Assembly: GCF_036321535.1 (NCBI RefSeq)
Contig: NC_087437.1
Coordinates: 113,834,001 to 113,898,000, forward strand
Source: Camelus dromedarius
Taxonomy: Eukaryota
Length of the DNA: 64,000 nt
Direction: 5' to 3'
Shown here in pieces: positions 50,299 to 63,412 of this stretch. The position numbers and the translations under genes are program-made. Within the stretch, counting starts at the first letter, position 1. Every line of letters begins with the position of its first letter. The notes under the pieces were generated by a model, which had not been told where the DNA came from, did not search any database, and saw only the letters and a list, made by a program, of their open reading frames with translations.

Positions 50299-52179
50299 CC
50301 CCAAAATAAAACAGGCATAAAGCTTTAACTTCCTGCTCTATATACACTTCCTCGTGATTATGTTCACTTTCATTGATTGAACTGCCACTTATAAGATGAT
50401 TTATAAAACAACAAACCCAAACATCTATCACCAGCCGACATCTTTCTCCTAAGATCCAGACAATATGTCTGAGTCAGAGGTAAAAATGGAAAGTCAGTCA
50501 GCTAGGTACAGCTATTTTTAAAAAATTCAACGTGTTTGGAAACTGGGATTTTTTTATCTTAACAATCTAAATTTCAAAATCCTCTTGGAAAAAAGTGAAA
50601 GTCTGAAATACAGATCCTGAATTCCTACAACAGCATAAGCTGCATGGTGACTCTGTTCTTTAGGCTGGACATTTACCCCTTCCTATATCCTGCATGACCA
50701 TTGAATGAAAAAGCAGGTGAATGAATTATATTATTAAACCTGTTGATACGAACAGTATAAACTTTATAATGTAGTCTGTAATGCATTAGCTTTTTTGTCA
50801 ACCCAGTCACATTAACCTGAACTGAATTGTCATTCAACCAAGTCCCTTTTCCCAAAAAAAGTTCAGTTTAAGTAGATCTCTCCATTTTGTATCTTTGTGG
50901 TTCATTTTCTGAATATCAATGCTGGCTTCCTTTGTTTTCCCTGGTAGATTTCATCTCATTGGTTTCAGCGCATCACCATGGCCAGTTGAGATATTCCAGA
51001 ATCCAGATTGTACCATCTACCAGACTAACTTCCCTTCTCAATTCTATGTCATTTAGAAATCTAACATTATGCCTTCTGCATTTTTCAATTTAAGTGGAAC
51101 CAGTCTTTGGTGACAACTATGATGTGTAACTAGAGTCATTTTGAAATAATTCAACCTAGGAACAAGTCCTTGCTGATGACGTCCTTTCTTTCCCTGAAGC
51201 CAAATCAATGTCTAGAGGCATGATTTTATGATTAGTATTTTTATTAATGTTTGCTTGTTGGCCCTGGTAAGTCTTTCTCCTGATAAATTGTTCAGTGTCA
51301 GGAACACAAAGAATTTGAATTGACAGTGGCAGAAAGAGAAGCACAGGCAGAACATGAGGGAGCAGTTGAGGTGTGGGTTGGTTCTGGTTAATGCTCGGAA
51401 TTAGGTGGCCTCCATGGGACTGTCTGCTCCAAAGTTTCATTGCTTTTTGCCCCCGGGAATGTGAGAATCTGGGAATGGTTTTGCAAATGTTTTCATACCC
51501 CTCCTGTCTTCTTCATCATACAGAGAAGCATTCTTTTAGCTCCCTCTTCTTTTTACTGGCACTCACTGAAAGAAAAAAATGCAAGAATTAATATACATCT
51601 GGGAAACAAAGATTGCCACATACATATTCAGATTGTTAAACAATATCTGGGAAAATGAACAACTTCGGTTTATATGTGTAAAGGTCTTGAATCTATGCCC
51701 TTTTGTGATGAGTAACATACTGCTTCTCAGCTGTGCCTCAGGTTCTGAAATGAGGAAGAAAATTCTTCATAATTTAGGGAAAAATTAAGATAACTCAAAC
51801 TAATAATAGACCTATCACCTTGAGTCAGGGATTATCTCCTGCAATCAACAGAAGAGAGAAGAGCCAGCCATCCTTCATCTTCAGTTGGTCCAGAAAGCTC
51901 TATAGGTTAATGTATAGCATCCCTGGAGGAGGGGTGGTGTCCTAGCTTATGTAAGAGAAGCAAAAAGAAACTGGTTTAGAGGTTTTAGAAATCATGTCTT
52001 TGATGTCTAGGAAAATCATCCCAAACAATCAAAGCATTATATAGTCTTTTTATTGAGATATAAAATCTACCACAGAAACCAGCCACTAAAACTCAAGGGT
52101 GCACCGATCTCTGTGGAGATCTTTTAGGAAGAATATAATCAAGTGTAAGATATAACAATAAAACAGCGTGGGTGTAACC

Positions 52180-52370
52180 CTTCTCATCTTCAAAGTACTT
52201 TATAAGCTTTATCTAGTAAATGCTCACAACTCATCACTGAGATGGCAGGTGGTGCTGTTCACCTCAGTCTACAGATGATAACCCCAGGAAAGGGGGGTGG
52301 GCCACCCCAGGACGCACAGTGGGCATCAGAGCTGACACAACCTTGGGAGCCCAGATAGCCTCACTGTGAC
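52180..52370 (-). mobile_element. MIR
   Basis: tctagtaaatgctcacaac...tacagatgataacccc. Confidence 0.5.
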
Positions 52371-52409
52371 CAGAAAAAGACATGCTTTCTAAAAGCCCCA
52401 ATGCCCCAA

Positions 52410-52657
52410 GTTCTGGTCTGAAGGCCAGGAGACTAGAGACTCAGAAGAGTTGATGATGCAGTTGAAATGTGAAGGCAGTCTCCTTAAGAATTTCTGCTTG
52501 CTCAGAGAAGCTGCTCTATTATTCTAGTTCAGTCTTCAACTGACTGCATGAGGCCCACCCACATTTTCGAGCACAATCTGCTTTTTTCTTCACCAATTTA
52601 AATGCTAATCTCATTCAAAAACACACTTCAAGTTGACATATAAAATTAACTTTCACA
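52410..52657 (-). mobile_element. MLT2 (ERVL) LTR fragment
   Basis: tcttcaactgactgcatgaggcccacccacatt...aatttaaatgctaatctcatt...aagttgacatataaaattaactttcaca. Confidence 0.8.
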
Positions 52658-53769
52658 GTCATTATCATAGAATTGTTAATGGATTCAAAAAGAGTAATTT
52701 CAGTTTTTTGAGTAAGTTGATATCACTCATGACCAGTTGCTTCTTCAGAATATAAATCAAATAATGCCTTTTTGTAGCAAGAAAGATGGATTATGACCAA
52801 AATTATTTTTGGTTTCACTACTGTGGGTTATGATAAGGAATAGGAATTGTGATACAAAATATGAGATATCTGTATTAATCTGTGGCAGATTTGGGGGAAG
52901 CTATGAGCCTGCTTGATGTCTTTGGGCAAATATGTCCTTTGATGAATGTTCGCAAATGATGAGTATGTTGAATTTTATTCTTCAACCATAGTACATGCGG
53001 TCTGGTTTTGTGTGGCCTGTGTGTTCCACCATATCATATATGTCAAATGTGACCTTAGACTGTGTTGTAGTCCAGACCTGGTTACATCTAATGAGGATGC
53101 AATTTAACGATGCAGCATTTATGTCAGAAAAAAAAAAGTTGATTATACTAACAGGCCAAACATAATAAACTAGCAGAAATAAAATGGAATCTGTCTCCTT
53201 AAAGTTAGGTAGGAATTTGCCCTATTTTTAAATATATCCTGGACAGATAAGCTATCTTTCTAAGGAATCCACTGTAGGGTCTTCAAGCAAAACACCAAGA
53301 AATTATTCCTTGTGTCACAGCAAAATCCCTTAAGTAAAATGTAAGTAAAGTCATCATTTGATTCTGTTCTGAATGCAAAGAAACATGCATTTTGTTCTAT
53401 TTATTCCAACACTATGAGTTTTAAGAACAGGAAGGATATCAGACATTTGTGGCTGAGACTTAGAGTAGACTATTTTCTTCATCGGACATAAACAAAATGA
53501 CTTTACATCCTGACAAGCAGACCAGAAAGCCAGACAATTTTAAGCTCACCTAAAAGTGGTCCTCACAGCTTCCCATATCCCTGGCATCTTTCAGCCTCTT
53601 GACCTTCACAATAAAAATCAGAAGACAAAATCAATCTGCCCTCTCTCAACCATTGCTAGCAGATGGGTGTGAAGAAAGGGCAGAGCTCTGCCAGTCGGTG
53701 CCAAACCAGTCTTGGGGATCATAAGGTCAGCCCACACCCCATCAAAACCACCACCACCAAAAATAATAA

Positions 53770-54045
53770 CAACAGTACCTCCCATATGTGTCGTGCTTTG
53801 ATTTTTATTAGGATTAACTCACACACCCTTACTTAAAACTCTCTTGCACGCTTACGTGCCAATAAAATAAGATAAAACAAAACAAAGCACACACACAGTG
53901 TGAAGTGTTCATCATACATATTTTAGAAACAAGGGCTAAAGGAAAAGGGGGATTTAGTAATTTGCCCACAGTCACATCGCAAGCAAGTGGCAGGGTTGGA
54001 TTGGAAATGAGATCTTCTTCCACATCTAACAATCTTCCCAGATTC
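53770..54045 (-). mobile_element. MIR
   Basis: tagtaatttgcccacagtcacatcgcaagcaagtggcagggttgga. Confidence 0.65.
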
Positions 54046-56129
54046 CACAGCTCCCAGGAGATGAGCGGGATGGCCCTGCACCTCCCGTCCCTCCTACTCA
54101 TACCCCCTCATCCCTCAAAGCTGCAATTCAGTCCATTTTCCCTGACCACCCCCAGGTGGAATGAGTCTTCAGAAAAGAAACACATCATCTGATTGGTTGC
54201 TCTTTCTCCAACACATCCTGAAAGGCGGTGCCACATACACTGAGGCAGAGTAACCCACTCCCTTCCCACTCATCGTACCTGGGTCCAAACACTCTCATCT
54301 CTTCCCTTCTACCCACAGAGCTCGGAGTCCCAAGAAATACGTAATACACTTGGGTCCCTCTTCTGTCTCATCTACACACAGCCATGTATCTCTGGCATCT
54401 CATGCTTATTTAGTTCAATGATCATCTTTTTTTTTTTTCTGTTTTTGCTTTGTTTTTCTGCTGTTTCTCTATAATTTCAGGTTATTTTTAAAAATTTCAA
54501 GACCCTCCGTGGAAAACTGAAGATGTATTCATATTTAACATGTAATAATACGACCTGAGTGTATTAGAAAAAGCAGATGTCAAAACCGGCCAGTTCTTCT
54601 TTTTCACCCTGTTCCTACTCTTCACCTTGTTGAAAGTCATTTTCTCTGTCTCTGAGCCCTTCTAAATGGCTAAAGATACTTCCAGTTCTAAACCCCGTCC
54701 TTCACATTGACCAAACGTCCCACTCAAGCAGCAGAAGACATATCAAAAGTTCATATATTTTCAAAGGCCAAAGACGATCGTACTCATATTTTTTCTCTTT
54801 TAAACATACTCAGTATGGCCACAGTTTTCTCTAGTAGTCTACAATTTTGACTTAAAAACATGTTTCCTTCTTGGGCTGAAAACCACATTGAAATATCTAG
54901 ACAACTTTCCTGGCTCAGTCTCCTTGCCTAATGCCCTACCTAATCACTACGATGGATCGAGGACCTAAGTCAATACCCCCAATTCATACTGAGTACACAC
55001 CCTCCCAGCTCCCCAAACCAGTTAGGCATTACGGAGAGAGTTTTGCCATACAAATATTTTCCCAGTTGTTCTGTCTTGGCCACACCCACAAAACAAAGGA
55101 AAATATTCTAGAGCCTTCCAGGTGGTCAAACACAACTCTGCTTCCAGCCTCTCCTGGGCCAGGCACACATTTGGCCCGAAGCTGTTTTGTTGCTTTGTGC
55201 ACATGGAAGCCGCTCAACTGCTTTTACACCTTATTTTAATGTCTTTATTATTTCAAAGGGATCTCTGTTCTTATTGACAATAATTACCCAACAAGTTCAA
55301 AGGCTCTCCCGATTATGAAACTTCTTCTAAGGACTAGCCGATTAATCCAGCTTGTTATTAAATTAGATCTATATTCTTGACCTGTTTTAATGAAGATTTT
55401 ATTATTGCTTTCCTAATAAGCTTAATTATCACAATAAAATCACATTAATATTTTTCTAATCACTTTTATCTCTAATAAGAGGCTACATGCTCACTCACTA
55501 CTTGGTAAGTATTTAATGTCTCCTCTAATCTGGTCCTAAATTATCTTTTCAACCCCATGTTTAATTCCTTGATTTTCCTACCGCCCACCCCTACCCCCAG
55601 CACATACTCAGACCCTTCGGTCTAACCAAATAGCTTTATACTTTGATGTTTGGAAACGACATGTACATCTATCAGCCTCCTTTCCTTTACTCTATGAGCA
55701 ATGACGGTTTTCGCTGGAACGACTTCGCTGACACCTTCCTTTCTCTACATTCTTCCCATCCCGGCTCTCCCAGGTCACCACACTCACTCTGTCCTCAGGT
55801 CCCAAAAAGCACAATGGCCTCTCCCACTCATACAGCACTTAGCACATGGTAGTCGGTACTGTTAATTCAAGCTTAGTGTTTACCTCTAGGTTCTGACTGC
55901 ACCGCAAGATGATAAACTTCAAGAAAGTGAGATTCGCCCTTAGACATCACTGTGGCCTCACGATTTGACAAAATAGGAGGACTGGACCTGGAGTCTAAAG
56001 AACTGGTGGGTGGTAAGTGGCTGAAGATGTCCTTTATCAGCTCTGTGCTCTTGCCTTATTCAGTTACCTTCTTTTTGACCTCAGTTTCTCATTCATAAAT
56101 TGGAGAAAACACTTTTCCGTCTACCTGGC

Positions 56130-56925
56130 AGAAAGCCTGAAGGTCATCCTTGACTCTCCACTACCTCTCACTCCCAAGCCCAGTCCTGCCAGCTCCCTCA
56201 CTACAACTCGTCTGGGATAAAGCCACTTCCCATCTCCTCTCATACTCCCACCTTGGCCTGAGCCTCCACCGTATCTCACTGGGTTCACTGCTATGGCTTC
56301 CTAACGCATCTCCCTGCTTCCATCCTCACCTGCTGCTTCCTACAGTCTCTTCCCAAGTGATCTTTTAAAGCTGATGCCAGAGAGTGTCCCTGCTCTGCTT
56401 AGAACTCGCCAGTGCCCTAGTGTCTCACCTGGAATGGAATGCAGAGTCCCCACCAAGGCTGCTCTCAGCCCACCCCCTCTGCTCTGCTCCAGCTGTTGCC
56501 TCCTTCCTGCTCCTGGAATCTGCCAAGCACGCTCCCACTGCAGGGCTCAGCACTGCCTCTCCCTCTGCCTGGCATGGCCCTCCTCACGAAGTTGCAGGAA
56601 TCTGTTCCTCGCTTCCCTAGTTCTCTCTGTGCCTTGAGGCCCCTCTCAGAGCGGACTTCTGAATGGCCCTACCTTTAAGAGCACCTTCATCCACACACTC
56701 TTTCTTTAGTCTCTTACTTTGATTTACTTCTCTTCAGAGCTCTTATCACTGACGGCATGCATTTATGCGTTTACGTACGTAGCTTCTGTCTGTCCTCTGG
56801 AGAACGTCAGCCTCTAGGGAGCAGATGCCTAGTTTTGTTCACTGCTACATCCCCGGCACCTTGATGAGCACCTGGAACATAGTAGGTGCTCATTGAATAT
56901 CCACTGAGTAACTGAACAAATGAAG
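56130..56925 (+). mobile_element. LINE-2 3' region
   Basis: gtcatccttgactctcc...tttgttcactgctacatccccggcacc...cctggaacatagtaggtgctcattgaatat...tgaacaaatgaa. Confidence 0.85.
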
Positions 56926-56964
56926 AAGTATAGGTGTGTCTACTTGAAACCCTGAAGTTTGAGT

Positions 56965-57142
56965 CCATAGTTCCCCACCCGCTGTCCATTAAAACCCAGT
57001 GGGGAATTTTTAGAGACTACTGGTGTCCAGACCACACCCTGGGCCATTTAAACCAGAATTTCTTGGAGTGGAGCCCAGGTACTGGTACTTTTTAAACACT
57101 CCCTAGGCATGCCCGATGTATAAACAAGATTGAAAACCATTG
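56965..57142. mobile_element. MER5-like MITE
   Basis: atttaaaccagaatttcttggagtggagcccagg...ttgaaaaccattg. Confidence 0.65.
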
Positions 57143-57751
57143 TTCCGGAGCACATAAAATCGTATTTGTGTTCTAATGGTCTTTGTGTTCCTGGCTAGCG
57201 CCTCACTAGCTAAGCACCTTGTACATTTCAATTACTTAATAAAAACTTCTTGGGCAGTGATTTAAGAAATGCCACTCTTAGTGCCTGGAATAGTTCGTGC
57301 TTTGGGAAAATCTCAGTACTATTTTGCTTGGTTGGATTTAGATCTGTATCTTGTTTAGAAAAAGATGCCTGGAGAGAGGAACCACATGAATTGAGTAGTT
57401 ACCCCCTACAACATACTCTCCCAGTTACTAAAGCTACAAATCCCACTTAATATTTATGTAACCAGGATTAAATTTTTGATACGGTCAACCAAAGTATTTT
57501 TTTTTTAATTCTTTGCAAATTGTTTTGCCTTGTGGCTCCCCACAGATTGAACTGGAGACTTTCATTGCCTTAGGTGAAGGCAGATACTGCCTAAAACAAA
57601 GGCAATTTGTTCAGCTTTGTGGAGCAAATTTAGATTTGTCAAATTCAAATGAGACAACAGGCTTGAAAGATAGGTTTGTGTAGACAGAAAAGAATTTGAT
57701 AAATACCCAAAATGTCCCTTCAACCAAAATGAGAAAACTTGCCCTAATGAC

Positions 57752-59370
57752 CAGAAAGTCCTCGAACTTTTTGGTCTCAGGACCCCTGGTGCTATTACAA
57801 ATTATTGCTACACCCAAAGAGTTGCTGTTTCTCTGTGTCAGGTCTATCAATAGTTAACAGATTTGTAAATTACAATTAAGAAGGTTTTTCATCTGTCAAT
57901 GGACATTTAGTCCATTAAGCCAGAAAGAAAGAAAAATATCTTATGATATCACTTACATACGAAATCTGAAAAAAACAGAAAAACCAAGGACACAAAAGAA
58001 CTTATTATTTACAAGCCAGAAACAAACTCACAGACATAGAAAACAAACTTATGGTTACTAGAGAGAAAGGAGGTGGGGAGGGATAAATTGGGAGTTGAAG
58101 ATTTGCAGATACACACTACTGTATATAGGTAAACAGCAAGGCCCTACTGTGCAGCACAGGGAACTACATTCAATACCTTGCAATAGCCTATAATGTAAAA
58201 GAATATGAAAAGGAATATCTGTGTATAAATGAATCATTATGTTGTACACTAGAAATTAACACAACATTGTAAATCAACTATACAGTTGTATTTTCATTTC
58301 TACTTCTGTTTCAATCCACTGTTTTGGTTGAAGGATATGAAAAAAATCCAGCTTCACACACATATAGCTCAGAAAGACAAAAATGTATTAATAACCATCT
58401 CAGGTTATTGTGAAATGCTTCTTTGATACTGCACCAGAACGTTGCAAGTGGCAGTTTCTTAAACTTTAGTTGCAGTGTGGAATCTGAAACTATCAATTAA
58501 TTTTCATTCTTTGTTATATTCAAAATCAATTGATTTAGTTTGTACTTTGAGATCTTTATTCATGTATGCTTTTGCAGCATCATGCATTGGTTGTTTGGAA
58601 AATGTTAAGTCACTAAATTACGAAGATCTTTCAAATATTGACATATTTTTGAAAATCACATTCATTAATATCACCACCCATTGCATCAGGAATGTCTCTA
58701 AGTATTGGGAAGGCAGTTCATAGTGGTGGATGCAAGATTTCTAAAATTTTAATTTTCACTTGAAAGCTCAGATTTTATCATTGGCAACTTCTCAATGGTT
58801 CTTGAATTGAGAGGCTCATTATGTTCACTTTTGAGAAAATGTCTTCCAAATATGCAAATCGGAATAGCCATAGTTTGTCTGTCAATTATTCTTTCAAGTA
58901 ACAGTGGTGTTCCAAAAAAAAAAGGGACTCATTCAGAACCTCACGATTTGCTGCTGTTCTTTAGACCATCGCTGTGGTCCAGTTAAGTAGCAGGAGTGCT
59001 TTATGCGCACTTCCTTTCTTGTTACATAAAATATTAAAAACATGTGTACTCAAGGGTTGAGATTTAATAGCATTCATAATTTTTATTGCTTCATCAAGGA
59101 CATTCTTTAATTAAATTGACTTTTTTTAGTGTGAGTGGTTGGTGGTGACGAACACAATGAATGCTAGTGTTGTTTGGAGCCATTGACTTGATCTTTCCTA
59201 AATTGCTAGCAGTTTTACCCATGACTGTTTTTACAATATTAGTGAAAATGTCAATATGTATATTTCAAAGGCAAATAGTGTCTTGGTATTTATTAAAATA
59301 GTTTTATGTTTCATGGACCCCCTGAAAGGGTCTCAGAGCCCTCAGGAGTCCACATATCACATTTTGCCAT
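57752..59370. mobile_element. Charlie1-like hAT DNA transposon, interrupted by L1
   Basis: ctttttggtctcaggaccc...cccaaagagttgctgttt; gcaagtggcagtttcttaaa...gtggaatctgaaac; catggaccccctgaaagggtctcag. Confidence 0.75.
57888..58283 (+). mobile_element. L1 3' end with short inverted 5' segment
   Basis: 57888-57910 ttcatctgtcaatggacatttag is antisense L1; 57916-58283 is sense L1 3'UTR (aactcacagacatagaaaacaaacttatggttac...). Confidence 0.85.
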
Positions 59371-59659
59371 ATTCAGAAAGATGTGATGTAAAAGAAGCTT
59401 TATTCCCTCTACCTTTGGGGAAGGAAGGAAGGCCTTCTGGTCCTATCCATGTGGAACAAAGAGGAGAGAGGAAATAAGTGGCAGGTGAACCCATCTCCTC
59501 CAACTTCGCAGGATGGAGACATACGGCAGCGGCATGGTATTTAAAACAACCAGGAAGACTTGAGGGTAATGCCCCAAGGGAGCAGCCTTGTTTCTGCTTC
59601 CCAGGGTGTATCCCAGAAAAACATCAAACATGGGACCAACGTGGTGCTGCCCAAATGTG

Positions 59660-60460
59660 ATTAAAAATGGGTCATGCATAACATCACACCTAATGGTGAA
59701 AGATTGAGTGTTTTTTCTCTAGGACTGGGAACAAGGATGCTCCCAGCAAGGATGACTGCTCTCACCACTCTTACGCAACATAATACTAGAAGTTTTAGCC
59801 ACTGCAATAAGGCAAGAACATTTTTAAAAGGCATGTAGAGTGGAAAGGAAGAAATAAAACTGTCCTTATTTGCAAATGACATGAATGTCTACATAGGAAA
59901 AGAATCTACAAAAGGAAAAACTCCTAAGATTACGAAGTGAATTAAGTGAGGCTGACAGATACATTATTGACATACACAAATTAATTACATTTTCTGAATT
60001 CTAAAAATGGGCTTGTGGGAACTGATGTTAAAAACACAAGTGCCATTTTCAATCATGTCAAAGAAAATGGAATATTTAGGCATAAACTTGACAAAACACA
60101 CGTAAGATCTGCATGCTGAAAATTACAAAATGCTGATAAAAGAAATCAAACAAAATCTAAATTAACGGAGAGACATAATGTGTCCATGGATTGGGAGATG
60201 CAACATGGTGAAGATGTCAATTCTTCTTAAATTAATCTGCAGATTTAATGTAATCTCTACCAAATCCAACAAGTTTTTTTGCAGATAAAGACAAGTTTAT
60301 TCTAAGATTTATATGAAAAAGCATGGGGAGGAATGAGTACTTGATGGTAAGGTTTGCTGCAGTAATCAAGGCAGTGTGGTATGAAGTCAGTGAGGATCGA
60401 TGTAACAGAATAGAAAACCTAGAAATAAACTCACATAAATACGTGCAAAATTTTTCCATA
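59660..60460 (+). mobile_element. Old L1 ORF2 reverse-transcriptase region fossil
   Basis: Decayed NGERL..F...GKEEIKLSLFANDMNVY (RT FADD motif) and downstream ENYKMLIKEIK. Confidence 0.88.
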
Positions 60461-60544
60461 GGAGGAGAATTTCAACTGTAATAAAATATGCACACAAGAA
60501 TTAACAACATAGTACACTACATCAAGTATAATTCTGATCCTGAG

Positions 60545-60830
60545 TGATTTTTAAAAATTGAAATAAAATTCACATACCAAAATATTCACCCTTTTAAAGT
60601 ATACAATTCAGTGTTTTTTAGTATTTTCATGGAGTTGTGCATCTGTCACCACTATCTAATTCCAAAGCATTTCCATCACCCTCAAAAGTAATTCTATATC
60701 CATTAGCAGTCACCCCTCCCCCATTTCCTTTTGCTGTTGACCCCTCTCAACCACTAATCTACTTTCTCTCTACAGATTTACCTACTCTGAGCATTTCATA
60801 TAAATGGAATCATATGATATGTGGTTTTCT
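60545..60830 (-). mobile_element. L1MB-like 3' end
   Basis: attcacccttttaaagtatacaattcagtg...catttcatataaatggaatcata. Confidence 0.88.
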
Positions 60831-61189
60831 CTCTTCAGGTTCCCTTCAGAGAGAACCCCAGAAGCAGCCCCAGGACCCAAAGTGACTCCATCGCCCACCT
60901 CTTCCACCTTGATGCCTGGACGATGTCCAATAAGAATTTTGATGAGTCTGGGGAGAAATCCCAAATTGAACTCAAATCCTCAAAAGACTGACCACTTGTT
61001 CAGAAGTGACTGAGTTAATCTGAGAGAGCATATTTTAAACCAGAAGGGGCTAAGATACTCAGACTGACCAGTCTGAGTTTTCTTCTTCCCCTTTCACAGG
61101 GGAATAGGGAAGCTCCCAAACATAATGAGATCAGTTATGGAAAATAAGGAACATTCTATTTTTCTGAAAATCTGAGTCATAGCATTTAA

Positions 61190-61320
61190 GCTCCAGTCTT
61201 CTCAGCTCTTAACAATTCCAGTTTCAGGATGAAGAAACTGAGGCTCAGAAATGTTCAGTGATTTCCCAATGTCACATGCAAATTCAAGTCTGCTTGCCTC
61301 CAAATCCTGCACTCTTTCGG
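61190..61320 (-). mobile_element. MIR
   Basis: gatgaagaaactgaggctcagaaatgttcagtgatttcccaatgtcaca. Confidence 0.8.
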
Positions 61321-61679
61321 AGCAAAAGGCAGTTCCTTGCTAGTGAGATTAATATGAAAGTTAGATGCTTTTCATAAACTCTTACTAGGCAGGGTCATAT
61401 ACTAGACCATCACACCCAAATCAAGGTCTTCAATGTTTGTGAACCTATGAAACAAAATAAGATAAAATAAAATTTTTTGAAACTCCTTAAATATAAGCTC
61501 CCAAATCTTTTTCCTGCTCAAAACTTAAAAAATACATGTTTTTTAAAAAATTTAAAATAATTACAGAATTTCTTCTATATCTATCTTACAGATAATATTT
61601 TAAAAGTTGTGATCAGTTATCAATTAGAACACCATCTATGTGCTGCTTAACAACCAGCTAGTGTTAAATGAGCATCTAG

Positions 61680-61960
61680 TAACAGCAAGGTGCAATTGTA
61701 TAGCACAGGGAAAAATATTCAATACCTTGTGATGGCCTATAATAAAAAAGAATATGAAAAGGAATACATATGTATAAATGAATCACTCTGCTGTAAACCA
61801 GAAATTAACACAACATTGTAAATCGACTACCCTTCAATAAAAAAGAAAATATATATGTGTATGTATATATATAACTGAATCTCTTTGCTGTACACCCGAA
61901 ACTAACATTGTAAGTCAATTGCACTTCAAAAAAATTTAAATGAAGAAATAAAACAAAATA
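61680..61960 (+). mobile_element. Two adjacent L1 3' termini
   Basis: First ends ...gactacccttcaataaaaaa (about 61845); second ataactgaatctctttgctgtacacccgaaact...cacttcaaaaaaa (about 61870-61935). Confidence 0.85.
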
Positions 61961-62135
61961 GTATCTGTTAGGAGCCAGGCCCTGGGCTGCGCACTTTCCA
62001 TGTATCTTCTCATCTTCACAACCACCCTTGATGTGGGGTGAGTAATGGAACCTAAAACATACCATGAGTCAGTGACAGCCTGACTTTCGTCTCTCCTCCT
62101 GGCCCCCAAAGTCCACGCTCTTAACCGATGCACCA
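61960..62135 (-). mobile_element. MIR
   Basis: gagccaggccctgggctgcgcactttccatgtatcttctcatcttcacaaccaccct. Confidence 0.6.
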
Positions 62136-62609
62136 TTCTGCCAACAGAACATTGAATCTTACAAAGTTCCGGTCTTAAGATTGTTAGGGCTGAAAGAAGG
62201 ATCAGAATGGAAAACAAGGAGTCACCTCGGGTGGCAGATGTCATTGACTGAACATTTCAGTCTCTTTTATTTTAAATGGAAACAAGCAAAATCAGAATAA
62301 AATTTATTCTTAAATACATTTGTGTGATAATTCAAAAGATGTGTATTATAATTTATTATGAAATCCCTAAACCCAGAAGTAAATGAGAGAGAGAGAAACT
62401 ACATGTGTATGCAGATAAGCACACATGTTAATACAGGGGTTTCCTCAAAACACTGACATTCTGTTTTGAAAGGATAATTTTTGTGATTAATTGCCCTTAG
62501 GGGAATTTTAGTTACTAATGTTTCTGTACGTGGATTATCAGTGAAACTTCAAGCCATAATTCAGGGGGTATTTGAATTGATACTGTGATTAAGCGTAAGT
62601 GACACAGGG

Positions 62610-63058
62610 TGTTATAGATTGAATGGTTGAACTGCGTCCCCTCCAAAAGATGTATTGGTGCTCCTGGCATCTGGGAACGTGAACTTATTTGGAAATAGGG
62701 TCTTCACGGATGTAACGAAGTTAAGAGGAGGTCTTTGGGGTGGTCCCTTGTTCAAATATGAACAGTGTTCTCATAAAAGAGGAAAATGTGGACACAGACA
62801 CACAGAGAAAACGGTATGTGATGACAGAGGCAGAGACTGGACGGATATGGTTGCCAAGATAAAGACCACCAAGGAATGTCATCACGGAAGCTGGACGAGG
62901 CAGGAAGGGTTTTACCCAGAGTCCCAGAGGGAGGCCAGCCCTGCTGACAATTTGGTTTTGGACCTCTGGTCTCCAGAACTGTAAGCGAATACATTTCGCT
63001 TGTTTTAAGCCACCTGGTTTGTGGTATTTTGTGATGATGGCCTCAGGAAATGAATACC
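62610..63058 (+). mobile_element. Complete solo MaLR LTR (MLT1B/C-like)
   Basis: TGTTATAG...cttatttggaaatagggtctt...ggacctctggtctccagaactgtaag...ttaagccacctggtttgtggtattttg...AATACC; 5-bp TSD CAGGG 62605-62609 / 63059-63063. Confidence 0.9.
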
Positions 63059-63381
63059 CAGGGTTTTGGGCAGGAAAGGGAAGATGTAGTTTGAAGAAAA
63101 GGATGATCATGTACTGCAGGAAAGGGGAAGAGAAATAACAATGACATGGGAAAGGGGTGACGTGTTCTGGAAAAAGAGGAAGTCTTGACGCACCTACTTT
63201 CTTGTTTTGATTTTTCTTAGAATTCAAAATACTCAGAAAAAAGTTCATGTAAATGGGGTATCAGATATAATCAAGGAAAACCACCCATAAATCTTGCTGT
63301 TCAGATATATAAGTTTTCATCAAAATGGATGGTATAATTCACAAAATGGAACTAATTACTAAAAAGTATCATGCAATGTGA

Positions 63382-63412
63382 ATGTGTGTGTGCGCGCGCG
63401 CACGTGTGTGCA
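63382..63412. repeat. (TG)n(CG)n(TG)n alternating purine-pyrimidine tract (Z-DNA potential)
   Basis: atgtgtgtgtgcgcgcgcgcacgtgtgtgca. Confidence 0.7.
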
